From Phascolarctobacterium sp. (lineage in GTDB: Bacteria; Bacillota; Negativicutes; Acidaminococcales; Acidaminococcaceae): DNA of 64,000 bases. This document shows positions 8,861-19,056 of this stretch, in pieces. Under the pieces are notes generated by a model, which was given only the letters and a program-made list of their open reading frames with translations, was not told the origin of the DNA and searched no databases. The first letter of the stretch is position 1. Every line of letters starts with the position of its first letter. The stretch lies in the NCBI GenBank assembly GCA_017457085.1, contig JAFTID010000048.1, positions 4,893-68,892 of the forward strand. Reading direction: 5' to 3'. A program made the position numbers and the translations under genes.

Positions 8861-8889
8861 ATTGTATCATATTCATAATCGTATTGCAA
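8861..8889 (-). promoter_or_regulatory. Candidate canonical promoter of the MerR-like gene
   Basis: On the - strand: TTGCAA, 17 bp, TACAAT. The resulting transcript would read through the P6 dyad before the start codon at 8790. Confidence 0.4.
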
Positions 8890-8907
8890 AATGTTAGGGG
8901 GATTTTT

Positions 8908-9714
8908 ATGAAAAAGATTGCTATATATGGTAAGGGTGGCATTGGTAAATCTACAACGACGGCAAATGTGTCTGCTGCATTGAGCGAACAAGGCTTTAAG
9001 GTTTGCCAAATTGGTTGCGACCCTAAAAATGATTCCACACGTTTGTTGCTGGGAAGAATTTGCACCCAAACAGTTTTAGATGTTGTACGTGATAAAGAAG
9101 AAGTTTTAGCGGAAGATATTGTGCATATTGGCTACAACGGAATTAAGTGCGTGGAAGCTGGCGGTCCTGAACCGGGAGTTGGCTGTGCAGGACGTGGTAT
9201 TATTGTTGCTTTAGAAAAACTTCGTTCTTTAGACGTCATCGAAGACGAAGATGTTTTGCTTTACGACGTTTTAGGTGACGTGGTATGTGGTGGCTTTGCC
9301 GTGCCTATTCGTGAAGGCTACGCTACTGATATTTATATTGTTTCTTCCGGTGAGCTAATGAGTCTTTACGCTGCCAACAATATTGCCAAAGGCGTGAAGC
9401 GTTTTGCTTTGCGTGGTGGAGTTCGATTGGGCGGCATTATCGGTAACAGCCGTAACACTCCCAACGAAAAGAATTTGTTGGAAGAATTTGCCAAACGTTT
9501 AAATACAAAACTGATTGCCTTTATTCCCCGTGATGTTGTTGTGAATAAGGCAGAAAATAATCGCCAAACTGTTTTGCAATACGCACCGGAAAGTGAGCAA
9601 GCACAAATCTATCGTAATTTGAGCAAGGTGCTTGTGGAAAATGCAGAGCTTTCCGTGCCTACGCCAATGACCTTTGAAGAATTAGAAAAGCTGGTTGAAA
9701 AATATGGGAATTAA
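8908..9714 (+). CDS. Nitrogenase iron protein-like ATPase (NifH/BchL/CfbC family)
   Basis: The ATG at 8908 follows AGGGGGA. P-loop GKGGIGKST, switch I CDPKNDS, and both 4Fe-4S cysteines in GVGCAGRG and DVVCGGFAVP. Confidence 0.9.
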   Translation: MKKIAIYGKGGIGKSTTTANVSAALSEQGFKVCQIGCDPKNDSTRLLLGRICTQTVLDVVRDKEEVLAEDIVHIGYNGIKCVEAGGPEPGVGCAGRGIIVALEKLRSLDVIEDEDVLLYDVLGDVVCGGFAVPIREGYATDIYIVSSGELMSLYAANNIAKGVKRFALRGGVRLGGIIGNSRNTPNEKNLLEEFAKRLNTKLIAFIPRDVVVNKAENNRQTVLQYAPESEQAQIYRNLSKVLVENAELSVPTPMTFEELEKLVEKYGN

Positions 9715-10996
9715 AACGAAACGTTTTATCAATATTAGAAAAAGTTGTAGCTGCAGTATGCCCGGCGTGTGGCGAGCAGTTGCTTATATGGATGGTGTGG
9801 TTGTAATTTTTCACAGTCCCCGTGCGTGCGCGCATATTGCTCGTACCATGGATATCAATACTCATTATCGTGCTATGGGTGATGGTAGAAAAGAAGAACG
9901 TGCTTCCGTACCCTTGCTGTCTAGTCAATTAGAAGAAAAGCATTCCATTTTTGGTGGCATAGATAGATTGAAGAAGTGTATTGCCTACGCTATAGAAAAG
10001 TACGCTCCTCAATGCTTGGTACTGGGTGGTTCCTGCGTTGCCGGTGTAATTGGTGACGATGTGGAAGCTGTAGCCAAAGAAGTTGAGGAAGAATATAATT
10101 TGCCAGTCATTACGGTGGATAGCTACGGATTTTTAGATGGGGAATTTTTTGAAGGCTACTTTGAAATTACTTATAAATTGATTGATAGATATTTATATCC
10201 GCAAAAGTATATTCCCAAAACAGTTGTGCTGATTGGGGATAATGGTGGGCCGTGGGGACATTACGCCACAGAGGTTACAAGAATTTTAAAAGCAATGGGG
10301 GTTACTGTCATTGGACAGTTCCCTGGCTATATTACTCTTGAAGATTTACCGAAGATTACCAGTGCGGAAGCAATGGTAGTTTTAGGTGGTAAGGGGAATA
10401 CTCACGAAGGTCTTGAGTGTTTGACGAAGCGTTTGCAGGAAAAATTTGGCTTTAAATTTTTGCAGGACGTCTATCCTGTTGGCTGGCAAAGAACTCAGCA
10501 ATGGATTATTGAGATGGGCAAGCTGTTAAATTGTGAAGAACAGGCTGAAGAAGTTTTGCAGGCAGAGCGCCTTCTTATGGAGAAAAGCTTGGCACAATTT
10601 TTACCGGTTACTAAAAATAAAAAGGCTACTCTTTGCATTGGTAGGTGGTTGATGTACTTCCATCCAGAATCTATGCTGGGTGTGATTAATGCCTTGGAGT
10701 TAGATTTACAGGGAATAGTTTTGCTGGATGCGTTGGAAGCAGGCTATTTTGACGAGATGGTAGGCGCTTTGCGGAAGTATACCGATGTTCCTATTTACTC
10801 TAATCTTGACGGGGAACACTTACTGAAAGAAGCAGATGTAGTGCTGACAACTCACGAATTGCAGGATAAAAACTTAAAGCAGGTTTTCCTGCCCATGCTT
10901 CCCAAGGTGGGAACCCTCGGTGAAATTGAATTTATGCAAGTTATTTACAGAGTGCTGTGCAGTAAGCACAAGGGCGGAGGTTTAGTTTATGTATAG
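9695..10996 (+). CDS. Nitrogenase component-1-type oxidoreductase, alpha-like subunit (NifD/NifE/BchN family)
   Basis: 433 aa, overlapping the nifH-like stop (alternative start at 9704). Cys pattern C20-x24-C45 plus GGSCVAGVIGDD, typical of this family. Confidence 0.8.
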   Translation: MKNMGIKTKRFINIRKSCSCSMPGVWRAVAYMDGVVVIFHSPRACAHIARTMDINTHYRAMGDGRKEERASVPLLSSQLEEKHSIFGGIDRLKKCIAYAIEKYAPQCLVLGGSCVAGVIGDDVEAVAKEVEEEYNLPVITVDSYGFLDGEFFEGYFEITYKLIDRYLYPQKYIPKTVVLIGDNGGPWGHYATEVTRILKAMGVTVIGQFPGYITLEDLPKITSAEAMVVLGGKGNTHEGLECLTKRLQEKFGFKFLQDVYPVGWQRTQQWIIEMGKLLNCEEQAEEVLQAERLLMEKSLAQFLPVTKNKKATLCIGRWLMYFHPESMLGVINALELDLQGIVLLDALEAGYFDEMVGALRKYTDVPIYSNLDGEHLLKEADVVLTTHELQDKNLKQVFLPMLPKVGTLGEIEFMQVIYRVLCSKHKGGGLVYV

Positions 10997-12287
10997 CAAT
11001 AACCAATGGGGAAATATTTGTCATAGAGTTGACTGCTGTGCATTAAGTGGAGCTGCTGCCTTTGTGGCAGGCATTCCTGATGCAGAAATTTTGGTGAATG
11101 GTCCGTTGTGGTGTTACTTTTACGCATTACGTACTTTGGAACACGCTAAGTACGATATGGGGGAGCGCTTTCACGATTGTCAGCCCGATAATAATGCAAT
11201 TGTCTATGGAACGGAAAAGTTTTTGACGGAAGCTTTGAAGCGTTTGCTGGATAGTGGTCGTAAGCCTTCACTTTTATTGGTAGAAAATAGCTGCTCACTT
11301 AGTTTGATTGGCGATGATTTAGCAGGCATCGTTCGTAAAATGGAACTGCCTTATCCCTTTGTAACCATGGATTGCGGTGGCTTGGTTGGTGGTTTTGCCG
11401 AAGGTTATACCAAAGCGGCACTTGCTGTTTTGAAAAAATTTGCTGTTGAAAAGGTTGAAACCGTAGAAAACAGAGTAAATGTTTTAGGCTTAAGTGATTT
11501 TTATTACAACGGTATTGCTGATAGAAATGAAATAATTCGCTTGCTGACTAAGGCAGGCTACGAAATAAATGCTGTTCCCGGTGCGGGAAGCAGTTTGGAA
11601 AATTTACAAAAGATTGCTCGTGCTAAGCTAAACATTGTCTGCAACGAAGAGCTTGGCTTGCAATTGGCACAGTGTTTGGAAAAACGCTTTGGTACTCCTT
11701 ACGTTGTAGCAGGTATGCCTTACGGAATTGAGGACACTAAAAATTGGTTAACACGTATTCACGAAGCACTGCCTTGTGAAAATTTACAAGCAGTTTTTGA
11801 TGAAGGCACTGCTCAAATGGAACGCTTAACTGCTAAAGAAAATGACTATCGTGGTGTGTGGGGAAGCCTTTGGTTTGATAAGGTTATTCTTTCGGCAGCG
11901 GGGACCCAAGCTTTGTGTATGGCGCAGGCTTTACGTAACGAGTGGTTAGATATAGGAGAACTTACCGTAATTTGCCAACACGAGGTCAAAAGTGCAAACT
12001 ACTGCGACGTGGCAGATAAAGTTCTGGTCACTGGTAAAGATGTTGATGAAATTGAAAGGCTCTTCCAAAATGCAGAAGACGTATTACTTTTTGCGAGTAG
12101 CAGTGAAGCCAGCAATTTACGTCGTCGCGGGGCAACTTTTTACAGCTGTAACATTGCCTATCCATCAGCTGACGAAGTTTTACTGACGGAAACTCCCTTT
12201 GTGGGAATCAAGGGTGCGGCGCATATGCTAGAGCGTTTGTGGAATGTATATATTAAAAAACAAATGGATGAGCAGGTGAATAAATGA
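10989..12287 (+). CDS. Nitrogenase component-1-type oxidoreductase, beta-like subunit (NifK/NifN/BchB family)
   Basis: 432 aa, overlapping the upstream gene by 8 nt. Cys pattern C17-x24-C42 plus ENSCSLSLIGDD. Confidence 0.75.
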   Translation: MYSNNQWGNICHRVDCCALSGAAAFVAGIPDAEILVNGPLWCYFYALRTLEHAKYDMGERFHDCQPDNNAIVYGTEKFLTEALKRLLDSGRKPSLLLVENSCSLSLIGDDLAGIVRKMELPYPFVTMDCGGLVGGFAEGYTKAALAVLKKFAVEKVETVENRVNVLGLSDFYYNGIADRNEIIRLLTKAGYEINAVPGAGSSLENLQKIARAKLNIVCNEELGLQLAQCLEKRFGTPYVVAGMPYGIEDTKNWLTRIHEALPCENLQAVFDEGTAQMERLTAKENDYRGVWGSLWFDKVILSAAGTQALCMAQALRNEWLDIGELTVICQHEVKSANYCDVADKVLVTGKDVDEIERLFQNAEDVLLFASSSEASNLRRRGATFYSCNIAYPSADEVLLTETPFVGIKGAAHMLERLWNVYIKKQMDEQVNK

Positions 12288-13255
12288 AAAGATTGTTATT
12301 AATCTGCTTAATGCTATTTCTGGTTTGTCTTACTGGTGGCTGTGGCACACAAGAACCAGTTAATAATTCTGTACAGGAGAAAGTTGCTTACGAGGTTATT
12401 GATGAAGCTGGCAGAAAATTGACCTTTACAGAAAAACCTCAGAGAATTGCTTCCCTTACCTATGGCACAGATGAAATATTAACAGATTTAGTAGACACGA
12501 AACGAATTGTTGGCTATAGTCGTTGGGCTGGTGACCCGGAGATTACATTTATCACTAAGGAACAGGCACGTAAAGTTGGAAGGAAGCTAGAAGAAAATAC
12601 AGAAGCTGTTTTATCTGTTAAGCCTGATTTGGTGGTGGCGACCACTGCTTCCAATAGCGAAGTAATACATTCACTAGAGGCTTTAGGGTTAAAGGTGTAT
12701 TTAGCCGGAAGACCTAAAAACTATGAACAAATGAGAGTTAAGGTTTTAAAGCTTGGTGAAGCCGTTGGGGAAAAAGCCAAGGGTGAAGAGTTAGTAAAAC
12801 AAATGGACGAACGCATTGCCAAACTGGAAAGTAAGCTTTGCAAAATTCCTGATGATAAGCGTAAAACTGTTGTTGCCTTTAATTTTATTTCAGCTATGGG
12901 GCGCAAGGGTGATTTGATTGATAATATGCTAAACATGGCTCACGTTATCAATGGTGTTGCGCAAATACCTAATGAATTTATGACTAGCTATGTTAGCAAA
13001 GAGCAAGTAGTACGTATTAATCCAGATATTTTTCTTTTACCTACATGGAATTATGACAATAGACAGGATATAGAAGGATATCTTAATAGAGTACAGAATG
13101 ACCCTGCCTATAAAGACGTTAAAGCCATAAAAAATAATCAAATCAAATTTGTTTCGGATAAATATCGTTATGTAGCAAGTCATCATATTGTGGATGCGGT
13201 TGAAAATTTTGCTAAAGCTGTTTATCCGGAATATTTTAGAGGTGAAAAATATTGA
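12284..13255 (+). CDS. ABC-type periplasmic substrate-binding protein (FecB/BtuF-like), probable lipoprotein
   Basis: 323 aa with signal peptide ...LTGGCG. KPQRIASLTYGTDEILTDL and AKAVYPEYF match its paralogs. ATGA overlap with the upstream gene. Confidence 0.85.
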   Translation: MKRLLLICLMLFLVCLTGGCGTQEPVNNSVQEKVAYEVIDEAGRKLTFTEKPQRIASLTYGTDEILTDLVDTKRIVGYSRWAGDPEITFITKEQARKVGRKLEENTEAVLSVKPDLVVATTASNSEVIHSLEALGLKVYLAGRPKNYEQMRVKVLKLGEAVGEKAKGEELVKQMDERIAKLESKLCKIPDDKRKTVVAFNFISAMGRKGDLIDNMLNMAHVINGVAQIPNEFMTSYVSKEQVVRINPDIFLLPTWNYDNRQDIEGYLNRVQNDPAYKDVKAIKNNQIKFVSDKYRYVASHHIVDAVENFAKAVYPEYFRGEKY

Positions 13256-14289
13256 TTGTTAAAAGAAAGAATAGTGGTCTTGCGCTGATTGTGTTAGGTA
13301 TTGTTCTGGTAATAGTTGCTTTAGGCTCACTAACCTTTGGGCAAATTGATGTGCCTTTGGAAAGTACGCTGGCAATTATTTGTGGAAAGTTAGGCTTACC
13401 TTTTATTAATGAAGGAAACTTCACCAAGGAACAGCTTGCTGTCATTTGGTTTATCCGTATGCCACGTATGCTGGTTGGCTTGCTTGTAGGTGCAACCCTT
13501 GGTATTTCCGGTGCAGTAATGCAGGGCATTTTTAGTAATCCCTTGGCAGACCCCGGTCTAATTGGCGTTTCTGCAGGGGCGGCGACTGGTGCAGTACTTT
13601 CTATTGCGCTGGGTAGTGCTACAAGTAGTATGTACACTATGCCCGCTTTTGCCTTTTGCGGAAGTATTTGCGCCGTGTGCTTGACAGTTTTCCTTGCCAT
13701 GCGCAATGGCAAGATTCCTGTAATGACCTTGCTCCTCGCTGGTGTTGCCGTTGGCATGCTTTTAGGCGCAGTAACTTCTGGTTTGCTTACCTTTATGAAT
13801 GAGCAAAAGCTACAACAATATTTGTTCTGGATGGTTGGCGGTCTTGACTATCGTCGTTGGGAACATGTTTACCTTGCAGTTGGCCCCGTCCTGACAGGCA
13901 TTTTCATAATGCTTTTGATGGCTCGTCATTTAAATATCTTAGTACTTGGGGAAACAGAAGCCAAGGCTGTGGGAATGCCTGTTACTGCTTTCCGCATGGG
14001 TTTGCTTTTCGTATCTGCCATGACTACGGCAACTTCTGTTTGCGTAAGTGGTAGCATTGGTTTTGTTGGGTTGGTCATTCCCCACATGATGCGCATGCTG
14101 CTTGGTCCGGACCATCGCGTGTTGTTACCGGCAAGTGCTCTTGGTGGCGCTATGTTTTTAGTTTTGTGCGACACTTTGGGCAGAATAGTTATTCCTCCCT
14201 CCGAAGTTAGGGTAGGTATAATGACTGCGCTTTTAGGTACACCCTATTTCTTATATTTGCTTAGAAGAATGCAAAAGCAATTCTTCTAG
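13252..14289 (+). CDS. FecCD/BtuC-family ABC import permease
   Basis: 345 aa, polytopic. Contains GISGAVMQGIFSNPLADPGLIGVSAGA and a C-terminal GIMTALLGTPYFLYLL, both typical of FecCD permeases. Confidence 0.9.
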   Translation: MIVKRKNSGLALIVLGIVLVIVALGSLTFGQIDVPLESTLAIICGKLGLPFINEGNFTKEQLAVIWFIRMPRMLVGLLVGATLGISGAVMQGIFSNPLADPGLIGVSAGAATGAVLSIALGSATSSMYTMPAFAFCGSICAVCLTVFLAMRNGKIPVMTLLLAGVAVGMLLGAVTSGLLTFMNEQKLQQYLFWMVGGLDYRRWEHVYLAVGPVLTGIFIMLLMARHLNILVLGETEAKAVGMPVTAFRMGLLFVSAMTTATSVCVSGSIGFVGLVIPHMMRMLLGPDHRVLLPASALGGAMFLVLCDTLGRIVIPPSEVRVGIMTALLGTPYFLYLLRRMQKQFF

Positions 14290-14302
14290 AATTGAGGTAA
14301 AA

Positions 14303-17300
14303 ATGAGTAAGATTTTATTTTTGACAAACGTTATCCGTCGTATGGGAATGATGCAGCAAACTGTGGAACGTTTGCAACGTGAGCAAAAGGTTAGCAATGA
14401 TTGTGCTTGCCATTGGATAACAGATCAAACCGTATGGGATAAAAAATGGGAAGAAAACCTGCGTACTACGGACGTTGTACTTTTAAAATGGATGGGTAGC
14501 GGTTTGGACACACCTTTTCTGAAAAAATTAGTACAGTTTTTAGATGCACGCAAAATTCCTTATTACATAGATGCTGCTGGTACTAATGAAGGCGAGCTGA
14601 AATTTGGCTTCACCCCTGAACAGCTGGCAGCCTTGAAAAAATATACTTCCTTTGGCGGCGAGCGTAACTACTATAATTTGTGGCAGTACCTTGACCAATG
14701 CTTGGAAGGTAAAGGCAAAGAGATTGAAGCACCTGACCCGATTCATTGGTGCGGAATTTATCACCCCCGTGCGAAAAAGGTTTATACAGATTTGGCAGAA
14801 TACCAAGCGGATTTCTGCGATGCTTCTAAACCGACTATTGGTATGCTTTTCTATCGTGACGAATGGGTTTGGGGAGATTTAACTTACCAAAGCGCAACCA
14901 TCGAAGAAATTGAAGCCCAAGGTATGAACGCAATTTGCGTATTCAGTAATGGTATGCCCATTGAAGAAATGGGGATGCCTAGCTTGACAAAAGTTTTTGA
15001 TAGCTTCTTCTGCAAAGATGGAGTGCCTGCCATTGATGCTCTTATCAATGTAATGAAATTTTCATTGAGCAGTAGCGGTACTATTACCGTAGACTATTTC
15101 AAAAAATGGAACGTGCCTATTTTGGCAGGCTATACCATTATGACTGACTATGATGAATGGAAGGAAAGTTTCGAGGGGATGAATCCCATGGAAGTTTCCA
15201 TTGCCATTTCCTTACCAGAATTTGACGGAACCATCCACGGCGTACCCATTGGTTACAAAAAAGTTTTGGAAAATGGTGACGTGCGTTACTTGCCCATCGT
15301 AGAACGCGTTCAACGTATGGTAAGTAAGGCTCGCAAATGGGCAAGCCTGCGCCGTAAGGCTAATGCAGATAAAAAAATTGCTATTATCTTCCATAATTAT
15401 CCGCCCCGTAATTCCAATATTGGCAGCGCCCTTGGCTTGGACACCATTGAAAGTATCCGTCGTGTGTTGGTTGCAATGAAAGAACGTGGCTACAAAGTGG
15501 ATAGTATTCCGGAAGATACTAAGGAATTTATCAAGGAGCTTACCTCCAACGCTACCAATGACAAGGCGTTGCTGACAGAAAAACAAATTGCCGAAGCCCA
15601 AAAGATTACAGGCGCTGAATATAAAAAATTCTTTGCTACCATTGAACCCAAGGTACAAGCACAACTTATTAAAGATTGGGGCGAAGCACCGGGAAGCGTT
15701 ATGGAATATGATGGCGACCTGTTGGTACCGGGAACTATGAACGGCAATGTTTTTGTTACGGTGCAACCACCTCGTGGTTTTGGTGATGATCCTAGCAAAA
15801 TTTACCATTCTCCTTACTGCGCACCTACTCATCATTATTTAGGGTTCTATCGTTGGGTGCGTGATATTTGGCAAGCAGATGCTGTTGCTCATATTGGTAC
15901 TCATGGTTCCTTAGAATGGTTGCCAGGCAAAAACGCAGGTCTTGACTGCACCTGCTATCCTGATTTGGCATTAGGTGACCTGGTTAATATTTATCCCTAT
16001 AATATTGCGATTACCGGCGAGGGTATTCAGGCAAAACGTAGAGGTGCTGCCTGCTTGATTGAACATTTGCCTGCTCCTCAAAGCAAGGCAGATGTTTATG
16101 ACGAGCTGGAAGAACTGGAAAAAATTATGGATGAGTACGTGCATTTTGAAACTACTCAACCGGAAAACTTGCCTAGTTTAGAAGCACTGGTAAAAGAAAA
16201 GGTTGTTGCTGCCAATTTGCAGGATGAAGTTGAATATGACGAAAGCAAACCTTTTGGCGAATATGTAATGGCATTGCACAACTACATTACAGATTTAAAA
16301 AACCTTGAAGTACACGTTGGCTTACATATTTTGGGGCAACCTCCTGTTGAGGAAGGCTTGACTGAATATTTGTGGATGCTTACCCGTCTTAACAATGGTG
16401 ACATTCCTAGCTTGAGCCAAGCGTTGTCCCAATACTATGGCTTTGATTACTACTATTTGCTGGAAAACAGCAGCTTGATTTACGAACCACTGAATATTAC
16501 CTACGCAGTATTGCTTGATAAAATTACAGACCAAAGCCAAGAGATTATCAAGATTTTGCAGGACAAAGATTTTAGTGCAGTAGCCTTGCAGGAAGTTTTG
16601 GCATTGACTTGGGTACAGGAAGGCAGTGCTGAATTTAAGGAACAGCTGGAAAAAGTTTGCACTTATATTTGTGAAACAATCTATCCTAATTTACAGCTCA
16701 CTACCCAAGAACAAGACAATATGCTTCGTGGCTTTGAAGGTCAGTATGTAGAACCTGGTCCTTCCGGAGCACCCACTAGTGGTTGTGCAGATTTACTGCC
16801 TACTGGTCGCAACTTTTATGGCGTAGACCCGCGCACCTTGCCAACTCCTGCGGCATGGGAAATTGGCAAAACCTTGGGTGACCAAGTTATTGAACGCTTT
16901 ATTGCGGAAGAGGGTCACTATCCAGAAAATATCGGTATCGTATTGTGGAGTGGGGCCAATATGCGCAGTCATGGTCAATGCGTGGCAGAATTCCTCTATC
17001 TGATGGGCGTACGCCCCATTTATCAAGCAGGCAGTATGCGTGTTAATGGCTTGGAACCTATTCCTTTGACAGAACTGCGCCGTCCCCGCATTGACGTTAC
17101 TGCAAGAATAAGTGGCTTATTCCGTGATACCATGCCTACCATTATGGAACTCCTTGACCAAGCAACGCTGCTTGTTGGTGGTTTGGACGAAGATTTGGAA
17201 CTGAACTATGTGCGTAAGCATTTACTGGCAGATAGTGCAGAGCTGGAAGCTGAAGGTATGAGCAAGGAAGATGCTTGGCGACAAGCTGCCTTTAGAATTT

Positions 17301-18022
17301 TTGGCGACGAGCAAGGCGTTTATGGTGCAGGTGTTGCGGCTTTACTGGAAGCTAAGAACTGGGAAACCATTGACGACATTGCAGAAGTTTATGTGCGTTG
17401 GGGTGGTCATGCTTACGGTGGCAAGGTTAAGGGTAAATTCTTGCCCCAACAATTCCGTAAACGTATGGGCAGCTTAGACATTACTATTAAAAATGAAGAC
17501 AATCACGAAACTAATATGCTTTCCAGTGATGACTACAACGCTTATCACGGTGGTATGATTGCTGCCGTTCGAAGCATTAAGGGTAGTGCGCCTCGTTCCT
17601 ACTGTGGTGATAGTACGGACAGAAGCAAAATTAAAATGTATAGCGTGCAAGAACAAGCTAAACGCATTTTCCGCAGTGAATCCATTAATCCTAAATATAT
17701 TGAAGGCATGATGAAGCATGGCTACAAAGGCGCAGCAGATTTGGCAAATATGATTGCTCACAGTTATCAATGGGATGCGACCAGCGCTGTCATGGAAGAT
17801 TGGATGTACGAAAAGTACGCAGAAAAATATACCTTCGATCCCAAGGTGCAGGAATGGTTGCGTGACGTGAATCCTTGGGCATTGCAACGTATGGCAGAGG
17901 TTCTTCTGGAAGCAGAAAAACGTGGCTTGTGGAATGCGAAGCCTGAAACTAAGAGCGAGCTGCAAAAATTGTACCTTTCCATCGAGGGCGAGATTGAGGA
18001 ACGCAGTGATGCAAACTCCTAA
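14303..18022 (+). CDS. cobN: CobN/ChlH-family large chelatase subunit
   Basis: 1239 aa with the family hallmark GTHGSLEWLPGK. Size and layout are typical of CobN. Confidence 0.9.
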   Translation: MSKILFLTNVIRRMGMMQQTVERLQREQKVSNDCACHWITDQTVWDKKWEENLRTTDVVLLKWMGSGLDTPFLKKLVQFLDARKIPYYIDAAGTNEGELKFGFTPEQLAALKKYTSFGGERNYYNLWQYLDQCLEGKGKEIEAPDPIHWCGIYHPRAKKVYTDLAEYQADFCDASKPTIGMLFYRDEWVWGDLTYQSATIEEIEAQGMNAICVFSNGMPIEEMGMPSLTKVFDSFFCKDGVPAIDALINVMKFSLSSSGTITVDYFKKWNVPILAGYTIMTDYDEWKESFEGMNPMEVSIAISLPEFDGTIHGVPIGYKKVLENGDVRYLPIVERVQRMVSKARKWASLRRKANADKKIAIIFHNYPPRNSNIGSALGLDTIESIRRVLVAMKERGYKVDSIPEDTKEFIKELTSNATNDKALLTEKQIAEAQKITGAEYKKFFATIEPKVQAQLIKDWGEAPGSVMEYDGDLLVPGTMNGNVFVTVQPPRGFGDDPSKIYHSPYCAPTHHYLGFYRWVRDIWQADAVAHIGTHGSLEWLPGKNAGLDCTCYPDLALGDLVNIYPYNIAITGEGIQAKRRGAACLIEHLPAPQSKADVYDELEELEKIMDEYVHFETTQPENLPSLEALVKEKVVAANLQDEVEYDESKPFGEYVMALHNYITDLKNLEVHVGLHILGQPPVEEGLTEYLWMLTRLNNGDIPSLSQALSQYYGFDYYYLLENSSLIYEPLNITYAVLLDKITDQSQEIIKILQDKDFSAVALQEVLALTWVQEGSAEFKEQLEKVCTYICETIYPNLQLTTQEQDNMLRGFEGQYVEPGPSGAPTSGCADLLPTGRNFYGVDPRTLPTPAAWEIGKTLGDQVIERFIAEEGHYPENIGIVLWSGANMRSHGQCVAEFLYLMGVRPIYQAGSMRVNGLEPIPLTELRRPRIDVTARISGLFRDTMPTIMELLDQATLLVGGLDEDLELNYVRKHLLADSAELEAEGMSKEDAWRQAAFRIFGDEQGVYGAGVAALLEAKNWETIDDIAEVYVRWGGHAYGGKVKGKFLPQQFRKRMGSLDITIKNEDNHETNMLSSDDYNAYHGGMIAAVRSIKGSAPRSYCGDSTDRSKIKMYSVQEQAKRIFRSESINPKYIEGMMKHGYKGAADLANMIAHSYQWDATSAVMEDWMYEKYAEKYTFDPKVQEWLRDVNPWALQRMAEVLLEAEKRGLWNAKPETKSELQKLYLSIEGEIEERSDANS

Positions 18023-19052
18023 AATAAAAAACTTGGTGCTAAGTTTAACAGGACAATGTAATTTTGCTTGTCGCTACTGTTACGCTGCAGAGCACGATAA
18101 AAACATAATGAACGTAGAAACTGCTCTTGCCGCCATTGATTTGGCGGTAAGTAGTTTACCCGTCAATGAAAAGTTCATTATTCAGTTTAGTGGTGGTGAA
18201 CCTCTATTAAATTTTAAGGTCTTGCACGCGGCGGTGAGCTACGTTCAGAAAAATAATATACCTGCCGTTTTGCAAATTCAGACTAATGGTTCGCTCTTGA
18301 CTGACCAAATTGCTCAGTATCTTTTTAAAAATAAGGTTGCCATTGGGGTAAGTCTTGATGGTAAACCTAACGTGAACGATAAATTGCGTTTGACCAAGGA
18401 CGGAAAAGGGGCAACCAATTTAATCTTACACGGTTTGGAAGTTTTGAGGCGTAATAACATTGCCTGCGGTCTTACCTGCGTGGTAACGGCAGATAATGTT
18501 GAGGAACTTTCAGGAATTGTGGATATAGCTTATTTTTTGGGCAACGTGCGTAAGATTGGCTTCGATTTATTGCGAGGACAGGGGCGTGGCAGCGGACTAG
18601 TACCTCCTTCGGAAGCACAAATGTTAAAAAGTATGGAAGAGGTTTACGAACGGGTAGAGCAGTTAAGTAGATTGGCAGGCTATAAAATTGTTATCTCCCA
18701 AGCAGAAAGGGCAAAGCTTCTGTGTACGGAAAGCTGTCGACAGTTTGGACATTGCTACGCTATGAACGGAGAAGCTGCCTTTGTAGATGCCAGTGGTAAA
18801 ATTTACGCCTGTTCTTCCTTGATTGGCAACGAGGATTTTTATCTTGGCAATGTGCAGGACGGTTTAGACAATGCGCTTGTAGAAAAGGTAAGTAAGAAAA
18901 TTTTTCAGAGTATGTCCTTTTGCAGGGAGTGTGCAGATTTTAAATTGTGTGGAGGCGGCTGCTTCGCCCGTTGGTACGGGAGTGGGGAGAAAGTTGCCTA
19001 CAAAAGCGAGTGCGCAATGAAGCGTGTTTCCATTGGGCAGATAAAATCATAA
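18009..19052 (+). CDS. Radical SAM enzyme with a SPASM domain (anaerobic sulfatase maturase / AhbD / NirJ-like class)
   Basis: The ATG at 18009 overlaps the cobN stop, and the track's 5' extension lies inside cobN. CNFACRYC (CxxxCxxC) at the N-terminus and CRECADFKLCGGGC near the C-terminus. Confidence 0.85.
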   Translation: MQTPKIKNLVLSLTGQCNFACRYCYAAEHDKNIMNVETALAAIDLAVSSLPVNEKFIIQFSGGEPLLNFKVLHAAVSYVQKNNIPAVLQIQTNGSLLTDQIAQYLFKNKVAIGVSLDGKPNVNDKLRLTKDGKGATNLILHGLEVLRRNNIACGLTCVVTADNVEELSGIVDIAYFLGNVRKIGFDLLRGQGRGSGLVPPSEAQMLKSMEEVYERVEQLSRLAGYKIVISQAERAKLLCTESCRQFGHCYAMNGEAAFVDASGKIYACSSLIGNEDFYLGNVQDGLDNALVEKVSKKIFQSMSFCRECADFKLCGGGCFARWYGSGEKVAYKSECAMKRVSIGQIKS

Positions 19053-19056
19053 ATAA

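Noticed and set aside
8908-12287. Genuine nitrogen-fixation (nifHDK) locus
   Set aside because: The alpha- and beta-like subunits are only about 430 aa. No nifB/E/N/V or other maturation genes are nearby. The genes are embedded among PBP, permease and chelatase genes. A nitrogenase-like (group IV-type) enzyme is more plausible.
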